A DNA stretch of 64,000 bases, from contig JBGPUE010000005.1 of NCBI GenBank assembly GCA_041491005.1, positions 1,165 to 65,164 on the forward strand, given 5' to 3'. Within the stretch, counting starts at the first letter, position 1; the number at the start of each line of letters is the position of its first letter. The notes under the pieces were generated by a model. That model saw only the letters and a program-made list of their open reading frames with translations, did no database searches and was not told the origin of the DNA. Made by a program: the position numbers and the translations under genes. Origin of the DNA: Candidatus Binataceae bacterium (lineage in GTDB: Bacteria; Desulfobacterota; Binatia; Binatales; Binataceae). Below are positions 27,525 through 38,171 of the stretch, piece after piece.

Positions 27525-28409
27525 TCAGGCCTTGCGCGCGCGCTCGGCCGCGATCTTGAGCGTGCGGCGCGTCAGCACCGCGGTGATCTCGCTGCGATAC
27601 TCGGCAGTCCCGCGCATGTCGTCGATCGGCGAGGCAGCAGCGGCTGCGAGCTTGCCCGCGGCTTCGATCGCGGCGTCGTCGAGCTTCTTTCCCACCAGCG
27701 ACTGAGCCGCCTTGGTGGCGACAATCGGTGTCGGACCGACCGCGCCCAGCGCGATGCGAGCTGCCGTGCATTTGTCCCCGTCTAGCGTGATTGCCGCGCC
27801 GACGCCGACCACCGCTATATCCATCTCGTTGCGCGGGATGAATCGGAGATAGGCGTCGCTCGAATGCGCTGGCGGAGCGGGAATGCGCAACTCGACCAGC
27901 AATTCGCCCGGCTCCAGTACCGTGCGGCCCGGCGAGAGCACGAACTTCTCGACCGGCACGTCGCGTTCGCCCTTGGCGCCAACGATGTGCGCGACGGCGC
28001 CGAGCGCAATCAGCGCAGGCGTGGTATCGGCAGCGGGCGAGCCATTGCACAAATTCCCGCCGACCGACGCGCGGCTCTGGATCTGGACCGATCCGATCAG
28101 ATGAGCCGCCTCAGCCAATCCCGGATAGTGCTGATGCACCGCCTGGTTCTCGTAGATCTCGATGCAGGGGACGGCTGCGCCGAGCTTGAGCCCGCTCTTG
28201 GCATCGAAGCTGATTCGCCGCAGTTCCGCGATCGCCTTGACGTCAACCAGCTGCTCGGGTTTGCGGACTCCCGCCCGCATCTGGATCAGGATGTCGGTGC
28301 CGCCGCATAACACGCGGGCCTTGTCGCCCTTGGCCGCGAGCAGCTTGACCGCCTGATCAACCGTACTTGGAGCTTCATAAGTAATCGCGTGCAATGGAAC
28401 ACCCTCCAC
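27525..28409 (-). CDS. FAD-binding medium subunit (CoxM-like, molybdopterin dehydrogenase FAD-binding)
   Basis: It carries LCGGTDILIQMRAG and VGGNLCNGSPAAD, which are characteristic. The gene order M-S-L matches CO-dehydrogenase-type operons. Confidence 0.8.
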   Translation of the reverse strand: MEGVPLHAITYEAPSTVDQAVKLLAAKGDKARVLCGGTDILIQMRAGVRKPEQLVDVKAIAELRRISFDAKSGLKLGAAVPCIEIYENQAVHQHYPGLAEAAHLIGSVQIQSRASVGGNLCNGSPAADTTPALIALGAVAHIVGAKGERDVPVEKFVLSPGRTVLEPGELLVELRIPAPPAHSSDAYLRFIPRNEMDIAVVGVGAAITLDGDKCTAARIALGAVGPTPIVATKAAQSLVGKKLDDAAIEAAGKLAAAAASPIDDMRGTAEYRSEITAVLTRRTLKIAAERARKA

Positions 28410-28546
28410 GCTGAGACCGCGCCAGAGTTAGATAGCGCAAGTACCGGCCTCGCGGAAAGCCCACGCCGGGACCGATGGACGCGCAACCCCCTCGAAGCGG
28501 GCTCTGCTATAGTCGCGCCGGCTATCGTTATCGGAGGTGCCAAGCC

Positions 28547-29368
28547 ATGACGGATTACAGCAGCTACGAATGCATCAGGATCGAAAAGTCCAACAAGCTC
28601 GCGACCGTGACGCTCAATCGCCCCGACTCGCTCAACGCGGTCAACGGCCAGCTCCATCACGAGCTCGAGCACATCTGGTTGGACCTCGCCGACGATCGCG
28701 AGGTCAACGCGATCCTGCTGACGGGCGCGGGCAAGGCATTTTGCGCAGGCGGCGACGTCAAGGGGATGGCATCGCGCTCGGGCGGGGGCTCCAGCGGCGG
28801 CGGAGACGGGCGTTTGGGCACGCTTGCGACCCCGGCGGCGGGACGGCGCATGATACAAAACATGCTCGAAGTCGAGCAGCCGATCATCGGCGCGATCAAT
28901 GGCGACGCGGTCGGACTGGGCGCGACGATCGCGCTGCTGTGCGATGTGATCGTCGCATCGGAGACCGCGCGCTTCGGCGACACTCACGTCAAGGTGGGAA
29001 TCGTGGCGGGCGACGGTGGCGCGGTGATCTGGCCGCTGCTGATCGGGCCGGCGCGGGCCAAGGAATTCCTGATGCGCGGGAATCTTATCAATGGCGCGGA
29101 GGGCGCAAAGATCGGCCTCGTGAACTACGCGGTGCCGCGCGAGCAGGTGATGGCGAAGGCGACCGAGATCGCGCGCGAGCTGGCCGACGGTGCGACCTGG
29201 GCGATCCGATGGACCAAGCTATCGGTCAACAAGTGGCTCAAGCAGCAGGTCAACCTGATCCTCGATGCGTCGCTCGGCTATGAGATGGTGACGTTCAACA
29301 CCGAGGACCATCGCGAGGCCGCGCGAGCATTCGTGGAGAAGCGCAAGCCCAACTTCCAGGGCCGCTAG
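28547..29368 (+). CDS. Enoyl-CoA hydratase/isomerase family protein
   Basis: The start MTDYSSYECIRIEKSNKLATVTLNRPDSLNAVNG is preceded by RBS ggaggtg. It also has AFCAGGDVKGM and GAINGDAVGLGATIALLCD. Confidence 0.8.
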   Translation: MTDYSSYECIRIEKSNKLATVTLNRPDSLNAVNGQLHHELEHIWLDLADDREVNAILLTGAGKAFCAGGDVKGMASRSGGGSSGGGDGRLGTLATPAAGRRMIQNMLEVEQPIIGAINGDAVGLGATIALLCDVIVASETARFGDTHVKVGIVAGDGGAVIWPLLIGPARAKEFLMRGNLINGAEGAKIGLVNYAVPREQVMAKATEIARELADGATWAIRWTKLSVNKWLKQQVNLILDASLGYEMVTFNTEDHREAARAFVEKRKPNFQGR

Positions 29369-29404
29369 CCAGAGTTTCCCCGGCACTGCGCTTTCAGGGG
29401 AGGC

Positions 29405-29735
29405 TGTTCTTACCCCCTCTCCCTGATCAGGGAGAGGATTGGAGTGAGGATGAGACGACTCAGGTCGCCGGGATTCCTCGCTGCGCCGACTCCGCTCGGA
29501 ATGACAGCAATGCTGGATGGGCCGCCCGTGTCATTGCGCGCGGCTCAGCTCGGCATCACAGCAGTACTGGACCACTCAGCGATGTCATTCCGAGCGGAGT
29601 CGGCGCAGCGAGGAATCCCGGTCTGAATTCACCTACTCAGCGAGCAATCCCCGATCAGTGCTGAGCGACCGCGGGCCTCTCCTACCCCTCTCCCTGACCG
29701 GGGAGAGGGTTGGGGTGAGGGTTCCTAGTCCCGAA
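29405..29735. repeat. Composite repeat: two direct copies of the REP-like module (29409-29452, 29689-29735) flanking a foldback element with perfect 36-40 bp inverted repeats (arms 29467-29506 and 29583-29622, 76-bp spacer); MITE-like
   Basis: IR-L ggattcctcgctgcgccgactccgctcggaatgaca and IR-R tgtcattccgagcggagtcggcgcagcgaggaatcc are exact reverse complements. The flanking direct repeats are ccctctccctgatcagggagaggattggagtgagga and ccctctccctgaccggggagagggttggggtgagggt. Confidence 0.55.
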
Positions 29736-30825
29736 ATCCGAGCGGGGTGGCGGAGCGTGCGGCCGCGGATGCCAGCGCCGGCGCCTGATCACCCATCGTC
29801 GCGAAGCGTGGATCGTTGGTCTGTCCACGCACGTACCGCACGTAGATCTGCTCGACCACGGTGGCGTTCTTCCAATGCGCCCATGCGCGATAGAACGCGA
29901 TCGCGCTGATGTCGCGGCCGGTGCGCTTCGCGTAACGCTGGGCGAGTTCGTCGCGCGTCAGGAATCCCGGCCGCAGCGTGTGCGCCTCGCCCTGGCTCAA
30001 TGCGAGCAGCTCGGGCGGATCGGTGCGATCACGCCAGTAGCCGAGCGACGTGCCGAGATCGATCATCGGATCGCCGACCGTGGACATCTCCCAATCGAAG
30101 ACGCCAACCACATTACCCGGGTCATCCTCGCCGAGCATGATGTTGTGCAGGTAGAAGTCGTTGTGAAGCAGCGTGGGCGCCTGCGGCTTTGGCATGTTGG
30201 CCAAAAACCATGCGCCGAGCTTGTTCATCAGCGGTACTTCGCGCGTCTTGGCCCGCTCCCATCGCCCCATCCATCCCGTGATCTGGCGCTCGACGAAGCC
30301 CACCGGCTTGCCGAGGCCGCCCAGCCCGACGTTTTCGTAATCGACCGAATGGAGGTCGGCGAGCGTATCGATGAAGCCCTCCGACACGCTCCTGAACGTC
30401 TCGGGCTCGATTCCGAGCTCGGGCGGTAGCGGCTGGCGCATCTTGATCAGGATTCCCTTGCGGCGCTCCATGACGAAGAACTTCGCACCGATGATCGAGG
30501 GGTCTTCGCATAGCAGTATCGAGCGCGGCGCGGGCTTGAAGGCCCGCCACAATCGCGACAGAACGCGATGCTCGCGGCTCATGTCATGGGCCGACGGTGC
30601 GACCGGCCCGAACGGCGGCCGGCGCATCACCCATTCCTGCTCACCGAAGCGCAGCAGGTATGTGAGATTGGAATGGCCGCCGCGGAACTGCAGCACCTCC
30701 ATCGGGCGATCAGCGCCGGGCAACTTGTCGAGCAGGTAAGCCTGAAGCTTGGCCCGGTCGAATTCTTCCTCGGGCCGGACCTCGCTGTATTCGGGAACCA
30801 GTTCGGGTTCTTCAGCCATCGTCAA
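29725..30825 (-). CDS. Phosphotransferase-family protein (APH/choline-kinase-like; ACAD10/11-type kinase partner)
   Basis: It has the Brenner motif LHNDFYLHNIML and VFDWEMSTVGDPMIDLG. It lies adjacent to and co-oriented with an acyl-CoA dehydrogenase gene. Confidence 0.75.
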   Translation of the reverse strand: MTMAEEPELVPEYSEVRPEEEFDRAKLQAYLLDKLPGADRPMEVLQFRGGHSNLTYLLRFGEQEWVMRRPPFGPVAPSAHDMSREHRVLSRLWRAFKPAPRSILLCEDPSIIGAKFFVMERRKGILIKMRQPLPPELGIEPETFRSVSEGFIDTLADLHSVDYENVGLGGLGKPVGFVERQITGWMGRWERAKTREVPLMNKLGAWFLANMPKPQAPTLLHNDFYLHNIMLGEDDPGNVVGVFDWEMSTVGDPMIDLGTSLGYWRDRTDPPELLALSQGEAHTLRPGFLTRDELAQRYAKRTGRDISAIAFYRAWAHWKNATVVEQIYVRYVRGQTNDPRFATMGDQAPALASAAARSATPLGFRD

Positions 30826-30894
30826 CGATAAAACAGGGCGGGCATTCGCGCCCGCCCCGGCTGGATCATGACAGCGCAGCCGCGATGACGGCCG

Positions 30895-32094
<1,200 letters not shown>

Positions 32095-32323
32095 CCTGTA
32101 TCCTCGCTTGGATTGAAGTAACTCGCTTCTCTTAACTCACATCAGGGCCGAAAGAGAAGCCCGCGCAACCGCTTCACGCATCGCGATCAAACCAGCGCAT
32201 TCGGTTTGGCGCAACATGCCCGTTTCGGCTTCGCGGGATGCTCGACGGAGCCCGGCCCGCACTGGTTGCACTCGCCCCGGTAGCGATCGGATGCGCGACC
32301 GGCCCTCAGCATCCCACTATTTC

Positions 32324-33061
32324 ATGCTAACCTCGGCTGTGATGGACCTCGCCAAGCCCTGCATCGACGTCGGGCTCTTCACCAATCGGCTCGATGAAAT
32401 GCGCACCTTCTACGCCGAGCGGATCGGACTGCCGTTCGAGGAGATGCTGCCGGTGGGCGGCGGCGTGCGACAGTATCGCTTCGGACTGCGCGGCTCGGTG
32501 CTGAAGATCAACCATGCGCGCGACCCGCTCCCAGAGCGGCAGCCGGGCGGATACGCTCGGCTGATCATCGCGGATCGGCGGCTGCCGATGCGGATGGGGA
32601 TGCGCGATCCGGACGGCAACGAGCTCGAACTGCTGCCGCCCGGCCATTTCGACATTCAGCAGATCGAAGTCCATCTCCGCGTCCGCGACGAGGCCGCCTT
32701 CGATCATTTCTACGGCCAGGCGCTTGGATGCGAGCGTATAGGGCCGCATCGCTTCCGGCTCGGCGAGACTATCGTGAGCTTCGAGGGCGATGCTGCGCTG
32801 CCGCGCGCCGAGGCGCGGGCTGCGGTCGGGGCGGCCGAGGCGATCGCCTCGATGCGCGCGGTCGGATTTCGCTACATCACGATCCAGGTCCGCGATTGTG
32901 ATGCAGAGCATCGCCGCCTGCTTGCGATGGGCGTGAGCGAGGGGTCGCCGCCGGTCACGCTAGGCGCGGTCGCGCGCATCTCGTTCGTGCGCGATCCAGA
33001 CGGTAACTGGATCGAGATTTCCCAGCGCGCATCGCTGACCGGTTCGAGCGCACCAGACTAG
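32324..33061 (+). CDS. VOC-family (glyoxalase/bleomycin-resistance/dioxygenase-like) two-module protein
   Basis: Two beta-alpha-beta-beta-beta-like modules are visible (IDVGLFTNRLDEMRTFYAERIGL... and QQIEVHLRVRDEAAFDHFYGQALG...). The start is placed at an internal Met (MLTSAVMDLAK). Confidence 0.6.
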   Translation: MLTSAVMDLAKPCIDVGLFTNRLDEMRTFYAERIGLPFEEMLPVGGGVRQYRFGLRGSVLKINHARDPLPERQPGGYARLIIADRRLPMRMGMRDPDGNELELLPPGHFDIQQIEVHLRVRDEAAFDHFYGQALGCERIGPHRFRLGETIVSFEGDAALPRAEARAAVGAAEAIASMRAVGFRYITIQVRDCDAEHRRLLAMGVSEGSPPVTLGAVARISFVRDPDGNWIEISQRASLTGSSAPD

Positions 33062-33129
33062 GGCCGTCGCCAACCTCTCCCGCCCGACGACATACTGGGC
33101 AAATCCCGATCGGGCGTTCTTCTCCCACG

Positions 33130-33611
33130 GGGCCTTCAACCGCGATGATTCTAGCGCGCTTGAACGTGGCTTCATTTGTCGGCGCTTCCTAAAAGCGGCA
33201 GCGGCCATCTTAGCTTAGACACGTTCTTTCAACTTTTCGTATTTAAACTGTGATTTACTTGACTTGTTGTACGATTGTTTACTATTACTTATGCGGTCTT
33301 TAGAGAACTTGGCCTAAATCGGAGCTAATCGATGGCGCATCAAGTCTTCATGCCTCTGTACCTCCTTACGCTAACTGCATTTTGCTGCTGGCTGATCGCA
33401 GCTGCGGCACAAGCCGGAAGCCGATTGGCGGCCTTGGCATGGGGTCGGCGGTTGGCAGCGGTCAAAGGTGACAAGGCTCTACGTCGCTCTGTTTCGAGCG
33501 GTTTAACTGGTGAGGGATAAGGGCAAATCGCCAGGTTTTGCTTGACATTAACTAGCATTACTTATTATTGCCTACAGTGTTTTTACAAGTCTTGCGTTTA
33601 CTGGAGATCTG
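33130..33611. promoter_or_regulatory. AT-rich upstream region of the exopolysaccharide locus with candidate sigma70-like promoter elements
   Basis: There is a strong GC drop. It contains ttgacttgttgtacgattgtttactattactta and, nearer the Wza start, gcttgacattaactagcattacttattattg. The hexamer assignments are tentative. Confidence 0.3.
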
Positions 33612-34373
33612 ATGCCCTTCACTGCCAGATATGGGGCCGCCAAAGCCCTGTTGTGCGCCATCGGTCTGCTCGCATTTGCGGGCTGCTCGAACAGCGCGAA
33701 CAGCAGTGACGACGTGGCGCGTGCGAGCGTCAGCGGTGGGGGAGTCGAGCAATGCGCGGGCATGATGTCGGCCGCAATGACGGTCGAAGAGGATGAATCG
33801 AATTATCGGATCAAACCCGGCGACGACTTGGCGGTCAATTTTTATCTGAACACCGAGTTCAACGATGAGGTGACGGTGCGTCCGGACGGCAAGATCAGCT
33901 TGCGCCTGGTTGGCGAGATCAACGCCCGCGATTTGACGCCGGCGCAGCTCGCGGCAAACATCGACAAGGCCTACGCCGACGAACTTCGCGATCCTGGCGC
34001 GACCGTTCACGTCAAGGGCAGCCCGAGCCGGCGGATCTATGTGCACGGCGAAGTGGTAAAGCCGGGCGCTCTTCCGCTTCAACCCCGGATGACCGCCGTG
34101 CAGGCAGTGGCGGAGTCGGGCGGATTGACGCCTGATGCCGGCGCCGATCGCGCCATCCTGATGCGCCGTGACGCCTGTGGCCAGCCTTACGGGATCCCGT
34201 TCAATCTCGACCACGCCGCACACGAGGGCAGTTCCCACGATGACTTGGTGCTGCTGCCCGGTGACGTGATCGTGGTGCCGCGTTCGAAGGTCGCCGACAT
34301 CGGGTTATTCGTGAAGCACTACTTCAAGGACCTGCTCCCGGTTAACCCCTACATACCGCTGGTGCCTTTCTAG
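33612..34373 (+). CDS. Outer-membrane polysaccharide export lipoprotein (Wza/GumB/EpsE-like; PES domain plus SLBB)
   Basis: It has the lipobox LAFAGC and the YRIKPGDDLAVNFYLNTEFNDEVTVRPDGKISLRLVGEINARDLTPAQL signature of the Poly_export domain. Confidence 0.8.
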   Translation: MPFTARYGAAKALLCAIGLLAFAGCSNSANSSDDVARASVSGGGVEQCAGMMSAAMTVEEDESNYRIKPGDDLAVNFYLNTEFNDEVTVRPDGKISLRLVGEINARDLTPAQLAANIDKAYADELRDPGATVHVKGSPSRRIYVHGEVVKPGALPLQPRMTAVQAVAESGGLTPDAGADRAILMRRDACGQPYGIPFNLDHAAHEGSSHDDLVLLPGDVIVVPRSKVADIGLFVKHYFKDLLPVNPYIPLVPF

Positions 34374-34393
34374 GGCGAGGAAGGGAGCAGCAG

Positions 34394-35908
34394 ATGACGG
34401 TCCAGCAAATATTCGAATCCTGGCTTGAACTGGCCTTCAGGCGGCGCACCACTGTTTCGCGCGTCGCGGTGGCGGTGTTCGGCACGGTGTTCGTGCTGAC
34501 GATGCTGTGGCCGCCGCTGTACCAGTCCAGCAGCAAAATCATGATCCAGATCAATCGCGCCAACCTGTTGGTTTCACCCGGACTGGAGACCGGTGCGGCC
34601 AATCCAGCCAACGTGATTGCCGCTCCGGTCGACGAGCAGGACTTGAACTCCGAAATCGAACTGCTCACCAGCCGTCAGCTCGTCGAGCACGCCCTGGAGG
34701 GCCTGACCGACAGCAAACATCAGAGCTTCATGGGCCGCATGGTTTCGATGATCAAGAGCGTGATCGACCTGCCGGGATCGGTGTACGGCGTGCTGCACAG
34801 CTCGCCGGAGATGACGCCGCGCCAGCAATGGGCCAGCGAGCTGGCTGCACGGTTATCGTCCTCGGTGATCAAGCGTTCGAATGTCATCGAAGTGGACTTC
34901 CGCGCGCACGATCCGCAGTGGGCCGAAACCTTCCTGCGGCGGCTGCTCGATCAGTACATGGAGTTCCACGCGCGGATCTCGCAAGACCCGCAGACCGAGA
35001 GGTTCTTCCAGCAACAGTCAGAGATTTTGCAGGAAAGGCTGCGCCGCTCCGAAGAGAAGCTCAAAGCACTCGAGCTGCAGACCGGCATCACTTCGCTGGC
35101 CGAGCAGAAGCAGGCGCTGGTCACGCAGCTGTCTTCCTTCGAAGCCGAATACCGCAGGAACAAGGCGCTGCTGGCGGCCACCCAGCAGCAGGTTGTCTCG
35201 CTGGGTGTCGAACTGGGCAAGAGCCCTGAGAAGAGCACGCGCGAGTCCAAGGTCGTCCAGAACAACGCTCTGCAACAGCTCAAGCCCCAAGTGATGGCGA
35301 TGGAGGCGGAGCGCGCCGAGCTGCTCAGCCGCTACACGCCGACCAGCGCGCGCATTCGTGAAATCGACGCCAAGCTGGACGCCGCCCGCAAGATCCTCCA
35401 CCGCGAGAATCAGAGCGAGGTTCAAGAGACCAACATCGGCGTCAACCCGATATGGGAACAACTCAGCGGCAAGCTTGCAGAGGCGCGCGTCGCGGTCGCC
35501 TCGATCGGTTCCAACCAGGAAGCGCTTCAACAGCAGATTGAGGAGTATCGCGAACAGCTCAAGGCGCTCGCCACCGATGGCATCGAAGTCGAGCGGCTGC
35601 AGCGCCAGGTCGAAACCGACAAGGAAGCCTACCTGTCATACACCCGCAAGGGCGAAGAAGCGCGCGCGGCCCAGGCCCTGAACCAAAGCAAGATTCTTAA
35701 CGTCACCATCGTCGAAGCGCCGACCCAGCCGTTGCATCCGGTTTCGCCGCGTCTGGAAGTCAACCTTGCGGCGGGGCTCGTATTCGCGATCGCACTGGCG
35801 CTCGGCATCGCATGGTGGGAAGAACGCCGCGACCCGCGCATTTACTCGGAGGCCACCATCGCGGAAGTAACCGGGCTCAAAACCATCGCCGCTCTGCCGC
35901 AATCCTGA
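34394..35908 (+). CDS. Polysaccharide chain-length determinant protein (PCP-2/GumC/ExoP N-terminal type, no kinase domain)
   Basis: It has an N-terminal TM, a long periplasmic coiled-coil region and a C-terminal TM (LAAGLVFAIALALGIAWW), the typical Wzz/Wzc N-domain layout. Confidence 0.75.
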   Translation: MTVQQIFESWLELAFRRRTTVSRVAVAVFGTVFVLTMLWPPLYQSSSKIMIQINRANLLVSPGLETGAANPANVIAAPVDEQDLNSEIELLTSRQLVEHALEGLTDSKHQSFMGRMVSMIKSVIDLPGSVYGVLHSSPEMTPRQQWASELAARLSSSVIKRSNVIEVDFRAHDPQWAETFLRRLLDQYMEFHARISQDPQTERFFQQQSEILQERLRRSEEKLKALELQTGITSLAEQKQALVTQLSSFEAEYRRNKALLAATQQQVVSLGVELGKSPEKSTRESKVVQNNALQQLKPQVMAMEAERAELLSRYTPTSARIREIDAKLDAARKILHRENQSEVQETNIGVNPIWEQLSGKLAEARVAVASIGSNQEALQQQIEEYREQLKALATDGIEVERLQRQVETDKEAYLSYTRKGEEARAAQALNQSKILNVTIVEAPTQPLHPVSPRLEVNLAAGLVFAIALALGIAWWEERRDPRIYSEATIAEVTGLKTIAALPQS

Positions 35909-35923
35909 TGGTGCTGAAAAAAG

Positions 35924-37393
35924 ATGTACTACCAGCACTTCGGACTTAGCGGCCATCCCTTCCTGCTGACGCCTGACCCTGCGCTGCTCTACATGAGCTC
36001 GGCGCATCGTGAGGCGCTGGCGGCGCTGGAATGGGGACTCAGCGAGCCCAGCGGCCTGACGCTGATGGTGGGCGAGGTGGGCACGGGCAAGACCACGCTC
36101 ATCCACTCACTGTTGCTGCGCCATCATGAGGGCGTCCGGCCGGTCGTCATCAGCCAGCCGACGCTCGCCTTCGAGGAGATGCTACGCCTGATTCTCGCCC
36201 AACTGGGCATCAAGCCGGCGGCGGCAGCGACCCGCTTCGAGATGATCCAGGCGCTGAGCAATTCGCTGGCTGCACTGAAATCCAGCGAACGGATCGCATT
36301 GATCATCGATGAATCGCAGGCGCTCAGCGATGCGACGCTGGAGGAGTTGCGCCTGCTCTCCAATCTTTCGATCGGCGACCACGCACCACTTCAGATCGTA
36401 CTGGTCGGCCAGATCGACCTGCTGCGGCGGCTCAATACGCCGACGCTGCGCCAGCTCAACCAGCGCATCGGCGCCCGCGCGCTGCTGCTGTCGCTGAACT
36501 ACTCGGAGGCGTATGGCTATGTCGAGCACCGCCTCCAGCTCAAGGGACGCAGTTCGGACGAAGTGTTTACCCGCGGCGCCTTGCGCCGCATCGTGTACCA
36601 CGGCCGCGGCATTCCGCGGCGCATCAACGTACTCGGCCACAATTCGATGACGCTGGCGTACGCGGCGGGCGCCAGCCGCGTCAGCGCCGCGATGGCGCAG
36701 GCGGCCGCCGCGGAGTACGACGACCTGCTCAAAGCGAACCGGCCGAGCCTGGCCTTGGTCTGGCAGTCGCTGGCGCGCTTCATCCTGCGGCCTGCCGCGT
36801 CCGGCCGCCGCGGCCCCAGGCCGCTTCAGGTCGTGCTTGCGCTGCTGGCGATCGGGGCAATTCTCAGCCCGGTGGTGAGCCGCTGGAACCGAATCGACGC
36901 CACGCTTGCCCATCTGAAGTCTCGCGCCGAGCACGAGCTCGGCTCTTCGATGAACGATACGCGACGCGCGGCGGCGGTCGCTGAGGAGCAGTTGCGCACT
37001 GCAAGCACGAGCCTGGTCTCGGGCGGCGGCGACGAACCGCAACTCACAGCCAATCCGGCCCCGGTTCGCGCTCCAGTTAGCGCGCCGCAGAGCGACCAGC
37101 ACGCCGCGGGCACGGCAGAGCTGTTTGCCCACGTGGCCCAAACGGCCTCGGCTCCCGGCGCTAGCACGGCGCAGCCGGCCGCCGAAGACGGCCAGAGTGC
37201 CGATGAACTAAATGTCGTGGTCCGGCCGGGCGACACCCTGAGCGGCATCGCGCTGACGCATCTTGGGTCAAACCGGACTTCGCTGGTTGCCAAACTCCTT
37301 GAAGCCAACCCGCAGATCAGCAACGCGGACGTGATCCATCCCGGCCAGCGCCTCAATCTGCCGTCCGTCAACCAGCCGTCGGTACGGGAGTAG
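35924..37393 (+). CDS. ExeA/GspA-like AAA ATPase with C-terminal LysM domain (resembles the PEP-CTERM-locus secretion ATPase)
   Basis: It has Walker A GEVGTGKTT in the N-terminal ATPase module (MYYQHFGLSGHPF...) and a C-terminal LysM (VVRPGDTLSGIALTHLGSNRTSLVAKLLEANPQISNADVIHPGQRLNLP). Confidence 0.75.
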   Translation: MYYQHFGLSGHPFLLTPDPALLYMSSAHREALAALEWGLSEPSGLTLMVGEVGTGKTTLIHSLLLRHHEGVRPVVISQPTLAFEEMLRLILAQLGIKPAAAATRFEMIQALSNSLAALKSSERIALIIDESQALSDATLEELRLLSNLSIGDHAPLQIVLVGQIDLLRRLNTPTLRQLNQRIGARALLLSLNYSEAYGYVEHRLQLKGRSSDEVFTRGALRRIVYHGRGIPRRINVLGHNSMTLAYAAGASRVSAAMAQAAAAEYDDLLKANRPSLALVWQSLARFILRPAASGRRGPRPLQVVLALLAIGAILSPVVSRWNRIDATLAHLKSRAEHELGSSMNDTRRAAAVAEEQLRTASTSLVSGGGDEPQLTANPAPVRAPVSAPQSDQHAAGTAELFAHVAQTASAPGASTAQPAAEDGQSADELNVVVRPGDTLSGIALTHLGSNRTSLVAKLLEANPQISNADVIHPGQRLNLPSVNQPSVRE

Positions 37394-37398
37394 AAGCA

Positions 37399-38169
37399 TT
37401 GGCCAAATTTTTCGAAGCGCTGAAACGTTACGAAGCCGAGCAGGCGCTCGAGCACACCCCGGTGCCCGAGACCCGGCCGGTCCGCAATCTAAGCGCCGTC
37501 GAGATGCCGGCGTTGCTGACCCCGGTGCCGGTTGGACCCGCCGTGCCGGGGCATCTCGCGCGTGCCGACGGGATACGCCATCTGACCGAAAAAATAGCGC
37601 CGCTGGCGTGCCTCAACAGCGCCATCCGGCTGGGCATCAGCGGCTGCCGTCCCGGCGACGGGGCGTCGAGCGTCGCCGCAAGTATCGCGATCGATTTGAG
37701 CCAGCGTCTGGCGCTGAGAATCCTGCTGCTCGACGCGCATCTGCGCCACCCGAGCCTGTTCCGGATGTTCTCGATCAGCGACCCGATGATCGCGGAGGCG
37801 ACGCCGAGCACGCGAGTGCTGATTCGACCCACGCGCTGGCCGCGGCTGGATGTGGCGAGCTGTATGCCGCCGGCCGAGCGCGAGCATCAGCAACGGTTTT
37901 TCGAGGATACCGAGCAGCTTATCAACCGCTATCCGATCGTCGTCATCGATCTCGGCGTGCTGCGGCTTGACGCGCGCATGCTGCCGCTGGCGCGCGCCAC
38001 CGATCCGATCCTGCTGATCGTGCGCTACGGCTACACCGAGCGGCGCGAGCTGGCCACCACCGCGACCGCGCTGGCGGCCGCCAATCGACAAATCGGCGGC
38101 GTGGTACTCAACGCCCGGCGCAGACCGGCCCCGGCTTTCGTTGATCGCATTTTCGGCACAGGAGCCTGA
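37399..38169 (+). CDS. BY-kinase/MinD-like P-loop protein with degenerate Walker A (Lys replaced by Ala); putative pseudo-kinase
   Basis: The region GISGCRPGDGASSVAASIAIDL aligns to the BY-kinase Walker A xxSxxPGEGKSTxxxNLA but has GAS in place of GKS. The Walker A'-like VVIDLG and the B-like DPILLIVRYGYT are retained. It has a TTG start and lies immediately after the ATPase gene. Confidence 0.55.
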   Translation: MAKFFEALKRYEAEQALEHTPVPETRPVRNLSAVEMPALLTPVPVGPAVPGHLARADGIRHLTEKIAPLACLNSAIRLGISGCRPGDGASSVAASIAIDLSQRLALRILLLDAHLRHPSLFRMFSISDPMIAEATPSTRVLIRPTRWPRLDVASCMPPAEREHQQRFFEDTEQLINRYPIVVIDLGVLRLDARMLPLARATDPILLIVRYGYTERRELATTATALAAANRQIGGVVLNARRRPAPAFVDRIFGTGA

Positions 38170-38171
38170 TA

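Noticed and set aside
33332-33520. 62-aa ORF (MAHQVFMPLYLLTLTAFCCWLIAAAAQAG...) in the AT-rich region upstream of the EPS locus
   Set aside because: It is short, has no RBS or conservation evidence, and lies in a likely promoter region. It could be a small membrane peptide but cannot be supported from sequence alone.
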